Assembly (NCBI GenBank): GCA_030141605.1
Contig: JAQGDQ010001723.1
Coordinates: 1-27,931 of the forward strand
Direction: 5' to 3'
DNA: 27,931 bases
DNA from: Tubiluchus corallicola
Taxonomy: Eukaryota; Animalia; Priapulida
Shown piece after piece: positions 11,311 through 20,594 of the stretch (position 1 is the stretch's first letter; each line of letters begins with the position of its first letter). Under the pieces are notes generated by a model that ran no database searches, was not told the DNA's origin, and saw only the letters and a list, made by a program, of their open reading frames with translations. The position numbers and the translations under genes were made by a program.

Positions 11311-11660
11311 TGAGGCCGTCCTGAGAGTGTTCAAGTTCAATAAAGACACTTAGTGGCTTCGTTCACCAGCAGTTTAAGTGTGTAAAAGTGACGGGGCCCT
11401 TGGCGATAACTGCGGAATTTAGCCAAGGCTGCTCAGATTGTTAGTTCATCAAGAATAGCTATAAATATTAGCAGTAAGTGAAGGTTAAACTTTCCTTACC
11501 TTTACAATTAAATTTGAATTGAAAACAGTAGAGAGGATATAGATAAATAGATAGTTGGATAGAGTTAGAGAGAGATAGAAAGAGAGAGAGGGAGAAGAAA
11601 GAGAAAGAGAGACTGAGACGGACGAACTAAAAGAGAAAGACAGGGGGAGAGGCAGATAGG
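11311..11660 (+). repeat. Duplicated block with GA-rich tail, copy 2
   Basis: Homologous to 9813-10083. Confidence 0.8.
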
Positions 11661-11769
11661 GAGAAGCTTTTCTGACACCGTGGCTATTTAATCAGGTTAA
11701 TTTAAGCATATTTAACACGCTTCAATAATAAGCATGCAACAGTCACTCTTACGTTAGCTAAAAGTCAGT

Positions 11770-13020
11770 GACGTAGGCGTGATTATGCAGATATTGCGGG
11801 TGTGCTGCCATCTATAGCCCGCGACTATAAATTAAATGTTGCTTAGTTACGCTTATGCAAATAGCAATAAGCAACCTTTTGCAGGAAACGAATTTTAACT
11901 TACTGCCAACACGCCTTTGGATTTCTGTTTAGTTTATTAGTATAGGGTGCAGGCGCAGACGAGATGGCATTGGTCCAAATCCTTGGGTCAAGATCTTGCG
12001 ATGAAGGACAAGCCATTCTTCAAGTGTTCCCCGGTACGTAGGTTATGATAACTTTCTCTGTACGTTTCAACGAGTCCTTAATACCAAAATAAATAAATGT
12101 AAGCAAAGTTGTAGCAAAAAAACAAATTGCAACAGAATTTTTCTCATCAAATTCTATTAGAATCTGGTCTGAGATGCCTTAAAAAAATCGGCCAAAAGTC
12201 GGGCTTAGAATTTTTGAGCCATATGCCTAAATCAGAGATGGTGCATACCGGAGACAAAAAATTCTAGATTCTAGAGGGAAATTTCGTAATATTAACTAAC
12301 AATGACTTCTGTTTTCTTGCTCATTTTATTTGTTTTGATTTTGGGCGGCTGTCTTGAAATAAACTATTACTTCCTGTGAAGGATTTTAGGTTATTTTATT
12401 ACTCCAGTGTTCTCTCATTCTGTAAACCCCCTATACTGTCCTTTAACTGCATTTGTATGTATGTCTTGACTTGGCTTCTCTCTGTCATGCTCCACTGAAA
12501 GAGCTAGTTTACCTGGTCTGTTGGCAGTCTGTTCTTGGCTAAGAAAGTTGTTGTTGTTTGTCTCAGTTAAACCATTTATTTGTCAAGAGTAGTAGAGACA
12601 TGATGTAAGTTTTTTTTGATTATTCAGTCTCTCTTTATTATTAATTTCTTCGTTTTCTTTTTGGCTCAAATTACTTTGTTATATTTTGTTATGATTTTTC
12701 TTACAGATAAAACGTAATAAATCTACTCAAACATGAATTTTTTGACTTTTGGCATCATGAAGTAGTAGTCTCTCACACTTCCTGACTTACTTACTTGCTT
12801 ACTTAATTACTTCCTGACTTACTTACTCACTTGCCTGCTTACTTACTTACTTGCTTCCTTACTTACTGCCTAACGATTTCAAAAGTGCTGAGTGACATTT
12901 TATATTTATGACGTCATTATCTGTTATAAAATAACCTTCCTTGTCATCAATGTCCAGTCACATGATTTCCATGGCTTCTAAATGGTGCCTGGAGACCAAA
13001 AATCTGTTGTATATCCTAAA
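11770..13020 (+). pseudogene. Fragment of an annexin paralog: upstream-region copy, intron 3 end, orphan exon 4 (11946-12033) and intron 4-like sequence
   Basis: 11803-11870 resembles 3771-3840. 11901-12230 resembles 6598-6970. 12875-13020 resembles 7036-7250. The exon reads GAGADEMALVQILGSRSCDEGQAILQVFP, with GTATAG acceptor and G|GTACGT donor. No other paralogous exons seen. Confidence 0.75.
12776..12868. repeat. Degenerate (ACTT)n microsatellite
   Basis: Directly visible. Confidence 0.85.
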
Positions 13021-13494
13021 TAGTCGATCCCAGAAGAGATTAATGTCTTATGGGGAAGTTGAGCATATAAACCAAAAAGTATAAAAAAACTCCATTACAT
13101 ACATTACAAAAACTAAACTGTACAAGCAGTAGAAATGGACGCGATGTTCTGAATAATATGCTTCTAATTTCGGGCTAGTGATGTGTCCAAGATAGTAATG
13201 GAAAAGGTAGTAGGCCTAAAGTATTCTTATCAGTAAATAGAAACTACAAAATAGGATTTCTTGACCAAATAGTCTGGAGCCCCATGCACTGTGCATGATA
13301 TTTGAAAAAGATACACAAAAATACAATTTTTATAACAATTATATATACGCTAAAATGGCTGCCAAAGTAGCTCGTTAACTTAGCATGTAATTACAATTAT
13401 TGATAATATCAGCTTAAAATCATTAAATGAATTTCTTTGCCAAAAAATTTATATTTACATGTTTCTCACAATATATTTTAAGAAGACAAGAGGA

Positions 13495-15060
13495 AATTGC
13501 ATTTCTATCCCGATCTTTTCTGACTGGATCTCGGAAACCGGAAAGACGTATTTCATCATTTGCTAGGGACTGATCTAGCAATGTTTCTGTCAGAACGATG
13601 ACATCATAATTGTTGGTGTTAGCGACTAACTGCAACTCGTCCAACTCAAAGGATTCGTTATTCGCTAGGAGGCTTCGTACGTTGGAGTGATAGAAAGAAA
13701 AAAACTTTTGTTTGTAGGATTGTTATTAGTGTTTCCGTAACTGTTTACGTTGTGAGTATTATTGAATGTTGCTAGAAAGAGTTTTATTAGACTCTCTCAT
13801 GGATAACGCTTCTTTATATTTCGGGCACCCCCTATGCCCCAGCCTCGTGCGCGCCACCACAGTTTGAACATTTTACACGTTCATTGCTACAAGTGCTGGT
13901 TTTATGACTAGATAAACATTTTTCACAGACAGTTTCAGATTCGCACCATTTTTCTACATGATTATATTTGTAGCAGTTGAAGCACTGTACTTGTTTGTTA
14001 GCGACTATGAACTTCTCGACTTATTACCAATGGGAATGCCATCAAAGGTAGCAGTTTCTAAATCGTAATAATAGTAGCTGAATTAAAATATACTTTAGCT
14101 AGGAGAAGCACCGTTCCATCTTTTTTCTTGAATCTGTCCTCTTTTACGTCAACGTAATGTTTTTTAATCTCATCTAATGGTTCATCATTGGTCAAGCTTA
14201 GGTCTCAGTCTCGTAGTAAACCAATGGTATTTTGCAGAGGCTCTATGCCCAATTACGAAGGCAGCCAGTTATCTATCATTAACTTTGCTTCTTCTTTGTG
14301 CTTAAGTTGCACTTGTATCATACCTTTAGCTGTCTTTCTGATGTTGTCAAACTGCGTTAGAGGGAAATGGTGGGATAATTGTTTTTTGATGGAGACGGAT
14401 CACAAATGGTTTTGGTTAATTTCATTTTGTCGTGAGACTTGTTTTCTATTGACAGCTTGGCACTATTCTTGGCTCTAGGCATCGATACTGTATCACTCCA
14501 CAATGGTTTTGAGCTGCAGCTCATTTTATTGTCTAGAGCTTCAAGTTTGCCACTCAACTGGCTAATTCTAGTTTCGAAGTCGAACTGACAGACAGTTTGC
14601 TTTCCGGACAGAATATTCAGGACCTCAGTTACTTGATTTTTGTCGTTGCATAATTTAATCAAATTGATGGCTGCAGTTTTTAAAGAGCTATAATTTTGCC
14701 TTCAGGGCTTGCACTGCTTTCTTTGTTTTCTGTTTCAGTGAAGTATAGGCTAGTGTCCAAAGTAACTGTAGCCCTACTATCTAAAGAAATACATGTTAAG
14801 TCACTGACAGAATTTCGCCTATTGTTCTCATCTAGGTGATTGTTTTCGCATTTGCTGCACACAACAGCGCAGAGTCTTGCAAGACGTACTGGTGATTTAG
14901 CAGACTGGCAAAACTCACAACTTTTTCTTTCTCTAGCTTGTTTGCTAAAATCGGTCGATTTGTCGCCCCGTCATGTTGAAGTTCTGGTAGTTCATAGAGA
15001 GCACGTATATATTGGGGTGTTTTGGGAGGGAGTTGACACATATGCTTTGAGCAGTGAGAC
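13495..15060 (-). mobile_element. Decayed, 3'-truncated LINE: Gag-like ORF1 with three CCHC knuckles plus start of ORF2 APE endonuclease
   Basis: The - strand reads CEFC-x16-CSKC, a coiled-coil-like FETRISQLSGKLEALDNK, then QCFNCYKYNHVEKWC..VCEKCLSSHKTSTC..KCSNCGGAHEAGA/GCPKY (13825-13984), then SFYHSNVRSLLANNESFELDELQLVANTNNYDVIVLTETLL..IRLSGFRDPVRKDRDRN. Stops and frameshifts present; ends approximate. Confidence 0.9.
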
Positions 15061-15076
15061 GACAAGACATATCCAT

Positions 15077-15093
15077 CTCTCTCTCACTCTCTC

Positions 15094-15135
<42 letters not shown>

Positions 15136-15159
15136 TTCTCTCTCTCTCACTTTCCCCCT

Positions 15160-15195
<36 letters not shown>

Positions 15196-15216
15196 TTTTC
15201 TCTCTCTCACTTTCCC

Positions 15217-15271
<55 letters not shown>

Positions 15272-15290
15272 TTTTGTCTCTCACTTTCCC

Positions 15291-15333
<43 letters not shown>
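15077..15333. repeat. Compound (CT)n microsatellite with a ~60-bp internal higher-order unit
   Basis: (CT)n tracts punctuated by recurring CTCACTTTCCC(C/A)CTT; lines 15121 and 15181 are near-identical. Confidence 0.95.
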
Positions 15334-15335
<2 letters not shown>

Positions 15336-15502
15336 GTCAATGATCTTTCATGGAGTAAACAATTATACTCATTTTATGTCATTTCTCTGTTCATAGTCTC
15401 AGTTACTCATTATTGCAGTACACTAATCAACTTTTAATTATACCCAAACTTGTAACTATCTGTCTTGCACACTCGCTGCGACATTTAAACATCTATACAG
15501 TG

Positions 15503-15816
15503 ATATCGTATATATTAACATTCTCGGTATGTTATATATATATATATATATATATAAGATTCGAGGCTACAGCTTCGCCGATAGCACCATTTGCGGCAAT
15601 CTATAGATCAAACGAAAGGTCTCGATCTATTGTCGTCTCATTGGGGGTTTATTTTTCGAATCGGGCCCACCGCGAGGAATGGGGGGCAAAAAGCCCCCCA
15701 AAATGGCAATTTTTCGTCCCCTTTTTTGCAAAACCTATACGCCTGAGGTCTGAAGAACAGGAACTGGCCATGGGGAGTGCTGGCTATGGATAGAACGGCC
15801 CATTCAGCGGTGGGTG
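15503..15816. mobile_element. Dispersed non-autonomous repeat with internal (TA)n, homologous to 4657-4960
   Basis: Same shared blocks as the 4657-5235 copy; this copy is shorter. Confidence 0.65.
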
Positions 15817-16653
15817 CAGTATACTAATTATTCCAGTAATATTAGCAACATCCTATATGTAAGAAGCAACCTGAAATACCAACTAAACTGTGAATAAATA
15901 TGATGAACAAGCTAGATGAATCTAAAATAATCAGTTGATTTCTTACTAGTTACATTATTCTTCCATTTTTGATTAGTGTTCATATTCATTTTTTGAATAA
16001 TCGTCAATTCCAAAAATGCAACATAATTAGTTGTCATGCTGTTTGTTAGGGTTAGTTGTTGTTCAACGTAAGCAGATGTCCTATTTTCCTAGCTGACGTC
16101 ACAATGGAGTGATAGAACAATAAGGCTCAACGTTAACTGCGTATTTTAAAGTTAACATACACTATGTTTGCACTTGTTGGAACTATGGTGCACTTTTAAA
16201 ATGAACCTTATAGATATTGGCAGTCATTTTAATTATTCTTTCTTCAAAGTTTCAGCCTTCTATGGATAGAGAGAACAGATTTACTTGTTAAAGACGAATG
16301 GATTTGGATTTTAATGATCAACTTTTTTAACAACCGGGGCGATGGTGAGTCTAGCCATAGTAGATTTTTTGAACTTCGTGGTGGTGATCACATGCAGAAA
16401 TAAGATGCACCGTTGGAGTGTCACTAAGTGATTCCATTTGCCTGTGAATCCATCAATCCAACGCCATATATTTTCTCACTCGATTCCTCACTTGCATTTA
16501 CATGGTCTAAAGTCTAAAAGCATTTAGAGCGCAGGTGCCACACTTGTTAGACTCTGCTAATAGTTTTAGTAAATTAATATTATGAGACTAGTAAAGTGTT
16601 CGCAAGAATAATGTATTTTCATCTAAATGTTCCCTCCTGCGTGACATGCAAAA

Positions 16654-17083
16654 CAGGGGCGGAACTAGATGTGGCAAGCAAGGGGGGGGCGCAAAAATTT
16701 TCTGGGAGGGCGAGGTATCCGAAGTGGTTAAATAATGGTTAAGCCAATTTTTATCCCCTTTATACTGCCCCTTTTATACTATAATTAGCATGTGTTCAGG
16801 ACGGCGTAGCGGACAGAGCAATAATGAGAAAATTAACTCTCAGTTAACCTAACGTTAATAATGAACTAAATTGTTATTTACAGAAATTTATCACACACTA
16901 GTTTTAAGAAAATAATACGCAGGAAATAATGTCAAAATGAAATGTGGAACGGTACGTCATTCAGAAAGTTACACCAGCCTTGTTACGACAACAAGTTTAT
17001 TGTGTGCGAACGCAATTTTCACTGCAAAAAATTATTTATCCGATTTTGCAGGGGGGGCTCTCTCCCCCCTAGTTCCGCCCCTG
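16654..17083. mobile_element. hAT-type MITE, 430 bp
   Basis: Perfect 15-bp terminal inverted repeats CAGGGGCGGAACTAG / CTAGTTCCGCCCCTG; perfect 8-bp TSD ATGCAAAA (16646-16653, 17084-17091); no transposase. Confidence 0.92.
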
Positions 17084-17763
17084 ATGCAAAACAGAAAATA
17101 AACACACGACTTGAAAATCTGCGTTACAAGTTACAAGTTACTTTTGTGCCTGGTAATAGCAGACAGGAAAACATTATGTCACGTTTGAGTTTTGACTTGC
17201 CTTTTTGGCAGCAGCATCAGTAGGTTTTTAATGTGATATTTTATTTATTAAAAATGTAGACTTTTGCTAGAGTTCAAATAATAAGTTAGCATCATAGCAA
17301 CAGTCAGCAAGTTCAATTCCCAAGTTTATATTTTTTGTCTGCTTATAAAAATATACTCTGATTAATTACTTGCACTTTCAATCCACTTTCATTCTAAATT
17401 GCCTTTTATATCAGGAATTTGTACACGTTATAACGTGTTGTTTTCTAGATATATAACATGTTGTTTTTCAGGTAATCTTTATAACACATTTTTGGCACAG
17501 GCAGGCGCCATCTTGCATGTCTCAAAAGAGTTAATCACCGATTTTGGCTAACCTTTGTTCATGGCACCTGAAACTATGCTAACAGAATCTGAAAGGGAAA
17601 ATGAATTCTATTGCTGAAATTCTAGGTTCTATTTTACTGATTATCTTTTTACTGATGACCTCCTCAACACTTTTGACGATAATTGTCTTGGTTGTGTTTG
17701 CATCACAATTAACATTCGACATAAACCCTTCCTTGGAAACCTCATACCTGAACATTTAGTTCT

Positions 17764-17776
17764 GTTGCTTAGCAAC
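17764..17776. promoter_or_regulatory. Candidate RFX X-box palindrome GTTGCTTAGCAAC
   Basis: Palindrome GTTGCT-T-AGCAAC ending 48 bp before the inferred protease ATG; resembles the RFX consensus. Function is inferred. Confidence 0.4.
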
Positions 17777-17823
17777 TGGGTTAACAGAAGTAATTGTTTT
17801 ATTTGAAGGCGTAAAAAGTAGAA

Positions 17824-17995
17824 ATGATTTACAGAGTAGCAATTACATCTATTTTGCTCTATATAATGTGTTCGTGGTATGAAATACGTCAGCCAAAAGA
17901 TGAAGTCTCCCAAAATTTGAAAGATACAGTAATGCTAAACTCGAGCAACAGAGCAATACCTCATCATGGAATTGTCAGACGTTCAGCTGATGATG
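17824..17995 (+). CDS. Protease homolog exon 1 (signal peptide and propeptide)
   Basis: MIYRVAITSILLYIMCSWYEIRQPKD...HHGIVRRSADD; donor G|GTTAGT, phase matches exon 2. Confidence 0.7.
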
Positions 17996-20556
17996 GTTAG
18001 TAAAACTATATATTATGTTGCCTTGGGTTTTGACATTTCGTATGTATTTTCTTTAGTTAAAACATTGAGCAGCGAAATCTTTTTGAATGTCTCACATTTA
18101 TAATTTTGATTCTTCTACTGATATAAAGATTAATTTTCTGATTTATATGATTCAATACGATTATATTACATTGTTTACAGGATTAGTTCTACCAGAACCC
18201 AGAATTATTGGAGGTGAAGAAGTAGTTGGTAGAAAATTTCCTTACATGGTAAATAGGCTGATTATTTTTAACGAAAAGAGATTTATTAGTCAAAAATGTT
18301 TTATTCCAAACAAAATAATGTAAATTTGCACCAATCGTCGCTTATTGTCTTCCAATGTTTGATTTTTAAGTACCACTGCCATTAGTTTACATTTCCGAGG
18401 AAAGAATAGTTTGTTAACCCTTTCAGTCCCAAATTATTTTTTAGTAAGAAAAAATTTTTGGCTTAGTACTTTTGTTCAGTACATCCATCTTGTTTACACA
18501 TAATAATTATTTTTTCTACCTGTGCCCACGTGCTAAATACAGCCTGTATCCCACGGGATACACTGGGATTCAATAGAAGCATGAAATGTGCTTCATTTTG
18601 CAACTGCTGATAATTTTTTTAAAGTATTTAAGGCATTTAGTATGCATGCTACGCTGATCTGTACAAAGTCGTCTCTAAAGTACTGTACCTTGAGCAGTTT
18701 TTTATGCTATGTAGAGTTTCTAGCTTGCCATTTTATCACTATTTTTAGTCTCTTGTTATTGGCTTAAATCAAAATAACTATTAACAGATCAAATAACTGT
18801 CAGTTTTAAAATTTTATTAATTTTAAAGGCAGAAAATATTCTCGTATCCCACGGGATACAAGGGGTATGAAAGGATTAACATTTGCTCGTCATATCTTTC
18901 CCATTATTTTTGTCCACTTTTTGAATATGCTCTTCATACAAATTACAGGATACCTAAAATCGTACATATTCGTTAAACAGGTTTCACTCCAAAAAACGAA
19001 AAGGATATTTATCGGACAAGACATTTACACAGTCAATTATGTGTGTGGAGGAATACTCCTCAACGACAAGTGGGTTTTGACTGCTGCACATTGCATTGAT
19101 GTGTAAGTAAAATGAAATGTATCAGAAATAAAAGGGTCATTTTGCCTTACGTCATCCCTTCATCATCGTCATCATCCCAGTAGGTCTATTGTAGACATTG
19201 GCCTGACAGAATTCTAAAATAAAAGAACAATTGAAAGAAAAACTGCTTTATTCTCAAGACCAGTCCTTAATACTTGTCAATACTGGCAAACGGCGCCCAT
19301 GCGGGAAGAGCGAGAGAGAGGGAGAGAAGAGGCAGTATGTTCTATAAAGCAAAAAAATGTTACCTTGGCGCGAGCCCCCCCCCTGGAGGGTGAGGCCCTG
19401 GGGAAGTATGACCACCCCCCCTTGAAATAGGCCCTGCGAACAACTAGTTTTACAACATTATTAGTACAAATTATGTAACTGTCGGGAAAATCCCTTTCTC
19501 TCATCTAATGCCTATGAATATATTTATTTTCTGTGTTGGTATAATTATAAGCAATCCAACAATTCTAGAAGCCTTTCGATTCTTCTTATGTTATTTTCCT
19601 TGCTTAAAATTGTTTTACCATGAAAGGTCGAGTACTGCCTTTCAGTGTTATACTAGAAAGCACCTTATATATATATATATAATATATAATAATCTTTATT
19701 TGCCATTAAAATACATTGATAATCACTGATAAAAACTTTGTAGAGATGATCAATCAGTGTTAGTTAATAAAAACTTACACTGCTAAAGGCAAATTCGTTA
19801 GTGCAGTCTAAACTACTGTGCAGTAATGGAAAGTAACGACGAATAAAATCAAACATATTTACAGCTATGCACAAAAAATGAAAAAAACTATGATTTAATT
19901 AATATGGCCGTGGATATATGAATTCTGAATTAGTGTGTATGTTGTCGTACTGGTGTGATGGTATTTCATATCTGGTTAATATTAGTGATCTTAATTTTGT
20001 TTTAAATGGTGATAGGGACTTGATTTGTTTAACCTGTAATGCTAGAGAATTCCAAAGTCCAATGAATTCTTGTGCAATTATGCATCGATTTATTAAATTC
20101 AATGTGTGTTTATTACACAGAATAGAGACTGGGTATGAAAGTTTAATACACTTTGGAAGCAACAAACTAGATCAGCCAAAGCAGAAACGTTGGGTATGTT
20201 TCAATTTTACATTGTTAACCTTTTTTGCATTCACCATTGTAAATCATGCTGCTTGGAACATGTACGCTAGAATTAATACTCTCTGCTATGCTTTTAGGTG
20301 TATTGGACCAAGAAACATCCTTCTTATAAGCCGTATAATGGAAGCATTCGAAAAATGGACCCTAATACGCATATTGATATTGGTCTTGTGCGACTGGATA
20401 CCAAAGTTGCGTTTGATGACGATATTCAACCTGCTAAACTAGCACGCTGTCACGATCTTGATTACGTCAATCAGAGGGTTACTTTTATAGGATGGGGTGA
20501 AACTGACCCGGGTATGTCTCCAAAAAAATTATTCCTAATCTTATTCATTATGTTTT

Positions 20557-20594
<38 letters not shown>

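Noticed and set aside
12310-12770. Segment absent from annexin intron 4 with a ~60-codon polar open frame on the - strand
   Set aside because: No motif, start or splice signals that I can support; probably a transposon scrap.
14840-15437. SL-rich and ER-rich ORFs (also 4298-4597)
   Set aside because: Translations of (CT)n/(GA)n microsatellites.
17560-17760. Divergent - strand transcript from the X-box (CAG|GTATGA donor-like site, short open frame)
   Set aside because: No recognisable protein and no downstream exons identified.
19918-20442. 174-aa ORF
   Set aside because: A composite of antisense LINE remnant, true protease exon 4 and intron read-through.
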